Of a stretch of DNA of 29,937 nucleotides, positions 7,124-14,559 are shown in pieces; position 1 is the first letter of the stretch, and each line of letters opens with the position of its first letter. Under the pieces are notes generated by a model that saw only the letters and a program-made list of their open reading frames with translations, was not told where the DNA came from and ran no database searches. The DNA is from a virus (Duplodnaviria > Caudoviricetes), in the IMG/VR virus record IMGVR_UViG_3300017903_001647, positions 1 to 29,937 of that record; one strand, 5' to 3'. The position numbers were made by a program, and so were the translations under genes.

Positions 7124-7723
7124 ATGAATTTATTTTACCTAGACGAAGATTTAGACAAATGTGCAGAGTACCATGTTGACAAGCATATAGTTAAAATGCC
7201 TCTTGAGGCGGCTCAGCTAATGTGTACAGCAATATGGGTAGATGAAGTATTAGGATTTGTTCCAAGAGCTTTAAACGCAGAAGAGCGTGAAGAGCTTAAT
7301 AAGAGAAAGTCAGAAATCAAACATCTCCCCCTAGAAGAAAGACCTCTGACACCATATTTGCCTATGATGTATAACCATCCTTGTACAATATGGACACGGT
7401 CTTCGCTAGATAATTTTGAGTGGGTTCATTGCTATGCTAATGCACTAAACGATGAATACCATTATCGCTATGGCAAATTACACAAGTCAGTGATTGAAGT
7501 AATCAATAAACTGCCAGAACCGAAAAATATGCCCAGAAATGGACTCACTCCCTTCCTAATGGCAATGCCCGATGAACTCAAAGACGAAACTGATGTAATC
7601 GGGTCTTACCGCCTATATTACCATACAGATAAAGCAACCTTTGCCAATTGGAGTTTTCGTGGAGAACCTGATTGGTGGGATAAAGGATTAGCATGGACAG
7701 ACAGGAGAATAACAGCAAAATGA
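7124..7723 (+). CDS. pyrimidine-dimer DNA glycosylase / endonuclease V-like protein
   Basis: MNLFYLD...HVDKHIVKMPLEAAQL...NHPCTIW...EYHYRYGKLH...AMPDE motifs. Confidence 0.8.
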   Translation: MNLFYLDEDLDKCAEYHVDKHIVKMPLEAAQLMCTAIWVDEVLGFVPRALNAEEREELNKRKSEIKHLPLEERPLTPYLPMMYNHPCTIWTRSSLDNFEWVHCYANALNDEYHYRYGKLHKSVIEVINKLPEPKNMPRNGLTPFLMAMPDELKDETDVIGSYRLYYHTDKATFANWSFRGEPDWWDKGLAWTDRRITAK

Positions 7724-7944
7724 AAGTAATAATTTATAGTAAACCAAACTGCCCTGCATGTACTAAAGCAAAAGCTTTAGCCGAGAGAAAAGGACACGAA
7801 GTAGAGTATTTATCTTTTGGTAAAAACTTTGATGCTGGAGTCATGTTAAGGGAGTTTCCCAACGCTAGAACATTTCCACAAATTATTGTTGATGGAGAAA
7901 AGATTGGCGGGTATGTAGAACTGGAGAAACTTCTTGAGGGATAA
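7720..7944 (+). CDS. glutaredoxin
   Basis: YSKPNCPACTKAK, RTFPQI, IGGY. The ATG at 7720 (ATGA overlap) is preferred to 7693. Confidence 0.92.
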   Translation: MKVIIYSKPNCPACTKAKALAERKGHEVEYLSFGKNFDAGVMLREFPNARTFPQIIVDGEKIGGYVELEKLLEG

Positions 7945-8200
7945 ATTTAACGAAGAAAAAGCTTTAAATATGGTTAGAAATCATATTATTAGTACATATC
8001 ATGCCCATTATTCACAAGAAAAGATTCAATCAACTGAATTTATATTTGATTCAGGACATGGAGAAGGGTTTTGCATAGGCAATGTAATTAAATATGCTCA
8101 ACGATATGGAAAAAAGGAAGGAAAAAATACTGATGACTTATTAAAGTTAATTCACTACGCAATTATTTTATTAGGGACAGAATTAAATGATAAGAAGTAA
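7934..8200 (+). CDS. DUF3310 (SaV-like) protein
   Basis: HY...GFCIGNVIKYAQRYGKK...DLLKLIHY. Confidence 0.75.
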   Translation: MRDKFNEEKALNMVRNHIISTYHAHYSQEKIQSTEFIFDSGHGEGFCIGNVIKYAQRYGKKEGKNTDDLLKLIHYAIILLGTELNDKK

Positions 8201-8897
8201 ATCAGGAGAAAAGTTATCATATGATAACATAGAAAGAGTAATCCAACAGCTCGAAAAGGATAATCCTATAACTAAAAAGGAAGCCTGTGAGATGATGAAT
8301 ATTAGGTATAACACGACCAGACTTCAAAAAATCATAGATGACCATTTAGATATTAAAAGATTTCGTGAACAAAGAAAAGCACATAATAAAGGAAAAGCAG
8401 CTACCGAAGATGAAATTAAATCAGTTGTACAAATGTATTTAGAAGGATTTAATATATCAGGAATAGCAGAAAGTATTTATCGTTCTCCTGCATTTGTAAA
8501 GAACATAGTAGGGAGAGTAGGAATACCACAAAAACTAGCAGAATCAGACTATGAAGGAATGAGAAATGCAATGTTGCCCGAACAATGTGTTGCAGAGTCT
8601 TTTGAATACAACGAAAAAGTATGGTATCCGCGTAAAAATAGATTTGCATTAGTAAAAGATGAAATTACGCAAAAATATCAATCTGAGAGAAGAGGCTTTA
8701 AGTGTTATGGCAACATAACAGAGTGTGTAAATTATGAAGATAAATGGGGAGCTAAATGCTATAAAGTATACGTATTAGACCCCTGTGATACTTCTAAAAC
8801 ACTTTTTCCTTGGATTGATGGTGATAAAACAGGTTTTTGGGCAACTGCCCTTGCTTATGATTTAGGAAGTTTGAGGCACTTAGATAAATATTTATAA
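8187..8897 (+). CDS. D2: T5 D2-like DNA-binding protein
   Basis: PITKKEACEMMNIRYNTTRL, a second HTH (ISGIAESIYRSPAFVK), size and T5 synteny. Confidence 0.75.
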   Translation: MIRSKSGEKLSYDNIERVIQQLEKDNPITKKEACEMMNIRYNTTRLQKIIDDHLDIKRFREQRKAHNKGKAATEDEIKSVVQMYLEGFNISGIAESIYRSPAFVKNIVGRVGIPQKLAESDYEGMRNAMLPEQCVAESFEYNEKVWYPRKNRFALVKDEITQKYQSERRGFKCYGNITECVNYEDKWGAKCYKVYVLDPCDTSKTLFPWIDGDKTGFWATALAYDLGSLRHLDKYL

Positions 8898-8908
8898 GGA
8901 TATGAAAA

Positions 8909-9157
8909 ATGTTGGATATAATAATAGCAGTCTATATTTCGGGACTAATTTTAGCAATGGTTAAATTATGGTACCCTATATATTCTGAAATTAGAAAAGA
9001 ATCTCAGTCTTTGTTGGCTAGATATCCTATCACTTTATTTTTGGTGGTTTTGATAACATTTATGATATCCTGGCCACTAGTAATGTGGTGTTCTCTAGAT
9101 GACAATAAAGCAGAACAATTTATTAATGCATTTGTTAAAGGAGCTTTAGGAAAATGA
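8909..9157 (+). CDS. two-TM membrane protein
   Basis: Two hydrophobic segments, AAGGA upstream. Confidence 0.65.
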   Translation: MLDIIIAVYISGLILAMVKLWYPIYSEIRKESQSLLARYPITLFLVVLITFMISWPLVMWCSLDDNKAEQFINAFVKGALGK

Positions 9158-9348
9158 AAAACAATAGATACAGTACTTATGTAAATGGAGATTTACAAGC
9201 ACACGTAGTTAAACATCCTAAAAAGGGATGGGGTTGCGAATTTTATAATAACTTAGAATTAGTAAAAATAGAGTTTTACTCAAGCCATAGTGAAAGCTAT
9301 GCAGAAGATGCAGCAGAAAACTATGTAGAAGGAATAAAAATAATATAA
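9154..9348 (+). CDS. hypothetical protein
   Basis: ATGA coupling, 'HSESYAEDAAENYV' C-terminus. Confidence 0.7.
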   Translation: MKNNRYSTYVNGDLQAHVVKHPKKGWGCEFYNNLELVKIEFYSSHSESYAEDAAENYVEGIKII

Positions 9349-9524
9349 TGGCAATTTGGTATATGAAATTATTAGAAGAACAAAATGGAATGATTAGTAT
9401 TCCAAATCAGTTTCCAAAAAATAAATATGTAGAATCTGAAAATAAAAATCAAAAATATAAAGGTTGGTATTGGGATTCAGAAACTAAAAAATTCTACAGG
9501 TGGGATAACTTCCCGAGGGGGTAA
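9348..9524 (+). CDS. hypothetical protein (58 aa)
   Basis: Read by hand (MAIWYMKLLE...GWYWDSETKKFYRWDNFPRG). TAATG coupling. Confidence 0.6.
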   Translation: MAIWYMKLLEEQNGMISIPNQFPKNKYVESENKNQKYKGWYWDSETKKFYRWDNFPRG

Positions 9525-9526
9525 AT

Positions 9527-9739
9527 ATGAATCCATTATTAGAAGCATTAAGTAAAAAACTTGAAGGTGAAATAGCAATCGCTAAAGCAAATATACAAGT
9601 ATATCAAAAGAATCCAGCAGGTATAGGAGAACATCCAGACTTGGTGGAAGCAATTGAAACACAACTCACAAAACTTGCTGAAGCAGAAGATAAACTAGCA
9701 GCTATTCATAATCATTTTGGTCATGGATACAAAAAATAG
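9527..9739 (+). CDS. conserved hypothetical phage helical-hairpin protein
   Basis: ANIQVYQKNPAGIGEHPDLVEAIE motif, GAGG upstream. Confidence 0.75.
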   Translation: MNPLLEALSKKLEGEIAIAKANIQVYQKNPAGIGEHPDLVEAIETQLTKLAEAEDKLAAIHNHFGHGYKK

Positions 9740-9742
9740 TTC

Positions 9743-9771
9743 TTGACTTCGCTCTTATATTTTTATATAAT
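9743..9771 (+). promoter_or_regulatory. sigma70-type promoter (TTGACT-17-TATAAT), leaderless start at 9778
   Basis: AAAAAATAGTTC TTGACT N17 TATAAT ATTT..ATG (6 nt gap). Confidence 0.85.
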
Positions 9772-9777
9772 ATATTT

Positions 9778-10248
9778 ATGAGTGATAGATTTTACATGCA
9801 AATGCAACAAGCGACAGGATGGTGTCCTGGCTTTAAGAACACATCAAGTCGTGAAGAGTATGAGCAGAAATTTAAAAAATTAAGGAGAAAAAATATGTCT
9901 TGGACAGACGAAAAGAAACAAGAAGCAGTAGATATGTATACTGCAGAAGAGCCTACTCCAGAAAATAGTATGGAGATAGTAAAAGAAATCGCAGAGCAGT
10001 TAGAAGAATCTCCTAACGGTGTTAGAATGATACTTACAAAGGCAGGTGTATATGTCAGAAAAACACCAGCAAAAGGCAGTTCTAATGGCTCTAGCGGTGG
10101 TGGTAGAGTAAGTGTTGCTGGCGCACAGTCAGACCTAACCAATGCTTTGACAGATGCAGGTCAAGAAGTTGATGCTGCAATCATATCAAAGTTAACAGGT
10201 AAAGCAGCAGTATACTTTACAACAGTAGTAAATAACTTAAACAATTAG
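9778..10248 (+). CDS. D3: T5 D3-like DNA-binding protein (alternative start 9895)
   Basis: MSWTDEKKQEAVDMY...PTPENSMEIVKEIAEQLEESPNGVRMILTKAGVY...KLTGKAAVYF, plus synteny. Confidence 0.75.
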   Translation: MSDRFYMQMQQATGWCPGFKNTSSREEYEQKFKKLRRKNMSWTDEKKQEAVDMYTAEEPTPENSMEIVKEIAEQLEESPNGVRMILTKAGVYVRKTPAKGSSNGSSGGGRVSVAGAQSDLTNALTDAGQEVDAAIISKLTGKAAVYFTTVVNNLNN

Positions 10249-10262
10249 TTTTAGTTCTTTAG

Positions 10263-10292
10263 CTAGGGTAGTGCAGACTGCCCTAGTTTTTT
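10263..10292 (+). terminator. Rho-independent terminator
   Basis: CTAGGGTAGT-GCAG-ACTGCCCTAG followed by T6. Confidence 0.85.
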
Positions 10293-10359
10293 GCATCTTA
10301 AAGTTATAACCAAAACAAGTACAATTCAAATAATCGTTTGTTAGATACTTGGAGGGAAT

Positions 10360-10623
10360 ATGACGAAAGATGAATTTAAAAAGAAACTAAATGACGCAGG
10401 CGATGCCGTCATTACTTATAGAAGTAAAAACTCACGCAGACTAAAGTACAATATTTGTACAATGGATTTTTCTACACCTTATATAAAAGGTAAGAAAAAT
10501 AGAGCAAAAGAATCGCACGACTCAGTCCTACTATTCTGTTGGGACACAGACTCTTATCGCTTACTTATGCCTAAGAACGTTACTAGCATTGTGCCACTAA
10601 ATAGGATAATTAAAAATGATTGA
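10360..10623 (+). CDS. conserved T5-like protein, possible Sm/WYL_2-like fold
   Basis: GGAGG SD. AVITYRS...CTMDF...LLFCWDTDSYR. Confidence 0.7.
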   Translation: MTKDEFKKKLNDAGDAVITYRSKNSRRLKYNICTMDFSTPYIKGKKNRAKESHDSVLLFCWDTDSYRLLMPKNVTSIVPLNRIIKND

Positions 10624-10912
10624 TTTAGCCGCACCTAGTATATATGAAAGAGTTATCAATGAAAAAGATAATCAACAAATAAGATTAGTAATTAATACTT
10701 TTCGAGGAGTTGAATATCTTTCTTTAAGAAAATATTATTTAGACTTTGAAGAAGAATGGTTACCTTCAAAAGAAGGTATTACTATGCCTGTAGATTTAGA
10801 AAATGTTCAGGAACTTTTTAAAGGACTAGTAGAAATATTATCTCTTGCAGAAAGTAAATCAATACTTGAATCAGAGTTCAAAGATATTTTAGATGAAATA
10901 TACCTGACCTAA
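10616..10912 (+). CDS. PC4/p15-like ssDNA-binding protein
   Basis: IRLVINTFRGVEYLSLRKYY...EWLPSKEGITM is the PC4 signature. Confidence 0.8.
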   Translation: MIDLAAPSIYERVINEKDNQQIRLVINTFRGVEYLSLRKYYLDFEEEWLPSKEGITMPVDLENVQELFKGLVEILSLAESKSILESEFKDILDEIYLT

Positions 10913-10921
10913 AAATAGTTC

Positions 10922-10950
10922 TTGACAATTCCTTAAAATTTTTGTATAAT
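10922..10950 (+). promoter_or_regulatory. consensus sigma70 promoter, leaderless start at 10958
   Basis: AAAAATAGTTC TTGACA-17-TATAAT, ATG 7 nt after the -10. Confidence 0.88.
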
Positions 10951-10957
10951 ATTATTT

Positions 10958-11257
10958 ATGATTATAAAAGGAAGTTTAAATTATGACCAATTTGGTCGCA
11001 AAAGAAAAAGAAAAGCAACAAGGGCGCGTTCGTCTAGCCAGGTCAGGACACATGGTTTTCATCCATGCAACACGGGTTCAAATCCCGTACGCGCTTCCAG
11101 TAAACACATACCTAGTGCAGAACTGAAACCATATACACCAGCGAAAGATGATAGCTATAAGAAAGAAATAAGTAAAAATTATACTGTTTCGATAGCATAC
11201 AACAAAGGTGCATACCAAGTGATTCCTAAGGATGACGTGGAACATATCGGAAAATAG
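10958..11257 (+). CDS. basic hypothetical phage protein whose middle ~26 codons are a tRNA gene
   Basis: Open from the ATG at the promoter +1 to a TAG inside the next promoter. The C-terminus YTVSIAYNKGAYQVI...HIGK looks like a recurrent phage motif. Confidence 0.65.
   Translation: MIIKGSLNYDQFGRKRKRKATRARSSSQVRTHGFHPCNTGSNPVRASSKHIPSAELKPYTPAKDDSYKKEISKNYTVSIAYNKGAYQVIPKDDVEHIGK
11023..11099 (+). tRNA. tRNA-Glu (anticodon TTC), CCA encoded
   Basis: Acceptor GGCGCGT/ACGCGCT + T + CCA. D arm GTC..GAC with GG. Anticodon stem CATGG/CCATG, loop TT-TTC-AT. T arm ACGGG-TTCAAAT-CCCGT. Confidence 0.9.
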
Positions 11258-11260
11258 TTC

Positions 11261-11289
11261 TTGACATATGGTTAAATTTTTAGTATAAT
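11261..11289 (+). promoter_or_regulatory. consensus sigma70 promoter, leaderless start at 11296
   Basis: TTGACA-17-TATAAT, ATG 6 nt after the -10. Confidence 0.88.
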
Positions 11290-11295
11290 ATATAA

Positions 11296-12231
11296 ATGTT
11301 AGAAAATCTTATCAAGCGAGCAAAAGAAGCATATTATAATGGCACTCCTATTATGAGTGATGAGGTTTTTCATTACCTGACAACAATGGTTGAACAAGAA
11401 AGCATAGGGTATAAAAGTCCTTATGAACGTAGATATAAACACTTGTTTCCATTGTTTTCCCTCCAAAAAGTAATAAAGGGTGTAGACACTCCTCCAGATT
11501 GGGGGAGTGATGCCTTCATTACTACTGCTAAACTTGATGGAGCAGCAGTAAGTATTTTATATGGTGGAGGAGAAGTACAAAAAGCACTAACTAGAGGTGA
11601 TGGAGTAGAAGGACTAGATATTACACATTTAATTACTTATCTAGTACCTAAGTATATAAATCACGAAGAAGTAATACAAATAAGTGGAGAAGTAGTAGCT
11701 CCAAAATCAATTCCTAATGCAAGGAATTATGCAGCAGGAGCTTTAGGATTAAAAAGTTCCCAAGAATTCAAAACGAGAGACCTATATTTCGTAGCACATG
11801 GAGTCTCTCCATATATAACAGATAACTATGTCTCTGACATGAGGTATATTTCAGACCTTGGAATAGAGACAGCCATCGATAGTGACTACACTGACTTTCC
11901 ACAAGATGGGACAGTATTTCGTATAGCTCAGAATGATGTATTCGACAAATATGGATATACTAGTCATCATCCCCGTGGTGCTTTTGCCCTTAAAAAGCAA
12001 GAAAAAGGTGTAGTCACTGTTCTCCAAGAAGTAACGTGGCAAGTGGGCAAATCAGGTGCAGTATCACCAGTTGCCCATTTTGACCCAATCGACATAGAAG
12101 GAGCAACAATATCGAAGGCAACACTACATAACAAGTCAATCATAGAAGCACTTGACCTTAAGTTAGGTTGCAAGATAGAAGTAATTCGAGCAGGAAAGAT
12201 AATTCCTCAAGTTGTAAGGAGAGTAGATTGA
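11296..12231 (+). CDS. ligA: NAD-dependent DNA ligase subunit A (adenylation + OB domains)
   Basis: AYYNG.PIMSD, KLDG, ALTRGDG..G.DIT, NARNYAAG, WQVGKSG..SPVA, ATLHN, RAGKIIPQV. Confidence 0.93.
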   Translation: MLENLIKRAKEAYYNGTPIMSDEVFHYLTTMVEQESIGYKSPYERRYKHLFPLFSLQKVIKGVDTPPDWGSDAFITTAKLDGAAVSILYGGGEVQKALTRGDGVEGLDITHLITYLVPKYINHEEVIQISGEVVAPKSIPNARNYAAGALGLKSSQEFKTRDLYFVAHGVSPYITDNYVSDMRYISDLGIETAIDSDYTDFPQDGTVFRIAQNDVFDKYGYTSHHPRGAFALKKQEKGVVTVLQEVTWQVGKSGAVSPVAHFDPIDIEGATISKATLHNKSIIEALDLKLGCKIEVIRAGKIIPQVVRRVD

Positions 12232-12356
12232 CAGAAATAGATATGCTAAAAGAACAAATAGCAGAACAAACACAACAGATATACAAATTATATAAGCGAA
12301 TAGAAGAATTAAATGAATTAAATGAAATACTCAAAAGAAGAGATACAGAACAGTAA
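12228..12356 (+). CDS. small coiled-coil protein
   Basis: Track ORF 12168..12356. A TTG at 12228 after AAGGAGAG is the likelier start. Confidence 0.5.
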   Translation: MTEIDMLKEQIAEQTQQIYKLYKRIEELNELNEILKRRDTEQ

Positions 12357-12612
12357 AAGAATATTTAAAAGTGCAACCCCTAAACAGGACTTGTCTTGGT
12401 ATATTAAATGGGGAGCAAGTATATTTTTACTTGCTGCTTTTTCATTTCGCTCAACACAACAATTCCCATTTATTGACCTTTGTTTATCTCTAATAGGGGT
12501 AACAGGATGGTTATGGGTAGGTCTGCTATGGAAAGATAGAGCGTTAGTTTTATTGAATGGAGTAGCAGTATTTATATTATTGTCTGGTTTAATCAATCAC
12601 TTTGTTTCATGA
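12322..12612 (+). CDS. three-TM membrane protein (DUF6552-like)
   Basis: WYIKW...GWLWVGLLWKDRALVLLN pattern. Confidence 0.65.
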   Translation: MKYSKEEIQNSKRIFKSATPKQDLSWYIKWGASIFLLAAFSFRSTQQFPFIDLCLSLIGVTGWLWVGLLWKDRALVLLNGVAVFILLSGLINHFVS

Positions 12613-12974
12613 GTGGTGTCTATAATCAGACATATTTTAATAATCACCCTCACGAAAAAGACCGAGAGGGTGTTCTTTACGGAGTTATACTCGTAAATCA
12701 AAAAACATTTGAACGCGAGTGTATCAAAGTCGGAATCGCTAGTGGAAAAGACTGGCGTCATGTAATCAAAAGAAGCAGAGGATTTAAAGGGTACGATTTA
12801 CGTATTCAGAGAACCTATCACGACACGATTTATAACTGCTGGAAGATAGAGCAAGAACTACATGAAAAGTATAAGCATGATAGTTTTCAACCTCTACAAA
12901 AATTTGGTGGACACACAGAGTGTTTCAAAATTTCATCCCTTATTTTACGGGACTTCCCAAAAAATAAATCTTGA
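12609..12974 (+). CDS. GIY-YIG superfamily (T5orf172-like) nuclease-domain protein
   Basis: GVLYGV...IKVGIA...R...IEQELH...FGGHTECF. Confidence 0.65.
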   Translation: MSGVYNQTYFNNHPHEKDREGVLYGVILVNQKTFERECIKVGIASGKDWRHVIKRSRGFKGYDLRIQRTYHDTIYNCWKIEQELHEKYKHDSFQPLQKFGGHTECFKISSLILRDFPKNKS

Positions 12975-12999
12975 CACATGCTTATTCTTTTGATATAAT
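12971..12999 (+). promoter_or_regulatory. consensus sigma70 promoter for ligase B / D5
   Basis: TTGACA-17-TATAAT. Confidence 0.88.
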
Positions 13000-13011
13000 A
13001 TATTTATAAAA

Positions 13012-13788
13012 ATGAAAGAGAGTCAGAATTTGAGAGAAATAATTATACCGACACATTGTCCCGCTTGTAACACAGCACTTGATATTGTGAACGACCAATT
13101 GTTTTGTAGAAATTCAGATTGTCCTGCTAAAAGTTCTAAAAGAGTTGAACATTTTGCTAAAACTTTAAAGATTAAAGGATTAGGAAAAGCAACTATTGAA
13201 AAACTAGATATTCAGGACTATCATGACATATACTCTTTCACAGAAGAGGAAATAGTATCATTACTAGATTCGGAAAAGCTTGGAGAGAAGTTGTTTGCTG
13301 AAATAGAAAAGTCGAAAGACGCAGACTTAACAACTCTCCTTCCAGCTTTTTCGATACCGCTGATAGGGCGAAGCGCTACCAATAAGTTAACGAGACAAAT
13401 CTCGAATATTGAAGAGATAACCTACCAAAAATGTATGGATAGTGGTCTTGGTCCTAAAGCGGCGTCGAATCTTACCAAATGGTTAGATGAAATATTCTAT
13501 GTTAATGAATACAATTATTTACCTTTTTCTTTCTCTTGTGAGAAAACATCTGAAGTCAGCTATATTAAAGGTATAGTTTGTATAACAGGTAAACTAAAGA
13601 GCTACCCAACTAAAGCAGCAGCTCAAAAAGTTTTACAAAGTCATGGATTTGAGACAAAAGATAATCTTACAAAAGATGTTACGATTTTATTAAATGAAAG
13701 TGGAATAGAATCGTCAAAAACTAATAAAGCCCAAAATATGGGAATAAAAATTTATAATAACATAAAAAATTTAATTGAGGAAAATTAA
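13012..13788 (+). CDS. ligB: NAD-dependent DNA ligase subunit B (Zn finger, HhH, BRCT)
   Basis: PTHCPAC...FCRNSDCPA, IKGLGKATIEKL, VCITGKL BRCT. Split ligase as in T5. Confidence 0.9.
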   Translation: MKESQNLREIIIPTHCPACNTALDIVNDQLFCRNSDCPAKSSKRVEHFAKTLKIKGLGKATIEKLDIQDYHDIYSFTEEEIVSLLDSEKLGEKLFAEIEKSKDADLTTLLPAFSIPLIGRSATNKLTRQISNIEEITYQKCMDSGLGPKAASNLTKWLDEIFYVNEYNYLPFSFSCEKTSEVSYIKGIVCITGKLKSYPTKAAAQKVLQSHGFETKDNLTKDVTILLNESGIESSKTNKAQNMGIKIYNNIKNLIEEN

Positions 13789-13791
13789 AAA

Positions 13792-14508
13792 ATGGCATTA
13801 CCAAAATGGACAGACGAAAGAACACAGCAACTAGTGGACTTCGTTGGTGATTCAAGTCCTGTATCACAGGCAATGGTTGCAGAGGCTGCTGATGAATTAG
13901 AAACTTCTACAAGAAGTGTTTCATCTAAGCTAAGAAAAATGGGTTTTGATGTAGAACTAGCTTCTGCTTCAGCTTCTAAGTCTTTTTCAGAAGAGCAAGA
14001 AGCAACTCTATCAAACTTCGTTCAAGACAACAGCGGAGTATACACATATGCAGAAATCGCATCTAACTTTGAAGGTGGAGCTTTTTCAGCAAAATCAATT
14101 CAAGGAAAAATTCTTTCTATGGAACTTACAGAGCATGTTAAACCTGCTCCTAAAGTTGAAAGTGTTAGAACTTATACTCCTGAAGAAGAGCAAACATTCA
14201 TATCAATGGTTAACGATGGCGCTTTTGTAGAAGCTATCGCAGAAGCTTTAGATAAGTCTGTAAACTCAATCAGAGGTAAAGCATTATCATTACTAAGAAG
14301 TGGTGACATCAATGCTATTCCTAAACAGGAACATACAAAGGGTTCAAGCAAAGCTGATGTTTTAGCTGACCTTGAGATTACTGATATGACTGTTCAAGAA
14401 ATTGCTGATGAAATCGGCAAGACTGTAAGAGGCGTTAAAACAATGTTAACCAGAAGAGGTTTACAATGTGCTGATTACAATGGAGCAGCTAGAAAAGAAA
14501 TAGTCTAA
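13792..14508 (+). CDS. D5: T5 D5-like DNA-binding protein (tandem HTH repeats)
   Basis: Repeats KWTDE/SFSEEQE/TYTPEEE with RSVSSKL, KSIQGKI, NSIRGKA. T5 synteny between ligB and helicase. Confidence 0.85.
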   Translation: MALPKWTDERTQQLVDFVGDSSPVSQAMVAEAADELETSTRSVSSKLRKMGFDVELASASASKSFSEEQEATLSNFVQDNSGVYTYAEIASNFEGGAFSAKSIQGKILSMELTEHVKPAPKVESVRTYTPEEEQTFISMVNDGAFVEAIAEALDKSVNSIRGKALSLLRSGDINAIPKQEHTKGSSKADVLADLEITDMTVQEIADEIGKTVRGVKTMLTRRGLQCADYNGAARKEIV

Positions 14509-14523
14509 ATAGTAATATTCAGC

Positions 14524-14548
14524 AGGGGAGCGCAATGCTCCCCTTTTT
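14524..14548 (+). terminator. Rho-independent terminator
   Basis: AGGGGAGC-GCAAT-GCTCCCCT followed by TTTT. Confidence 0.85.
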
Positions 14549-14559
14549 GAGAGAGAGTT

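Noticed and set aside
11023-11099. tRNA as a prophage attachment site
   Set aside because: No integrase, no duplicated tRNA 3' end and no host-like flank in this window. The context is a lytic T5-like replication region.
12232-13011. Group I intron or intein explaining the ligase split
   Set aside because: The interval is filled by ORFs and a promoter. No intron core elements or intein terminal motifs were seen, and a two-gene ligase is known in T5.
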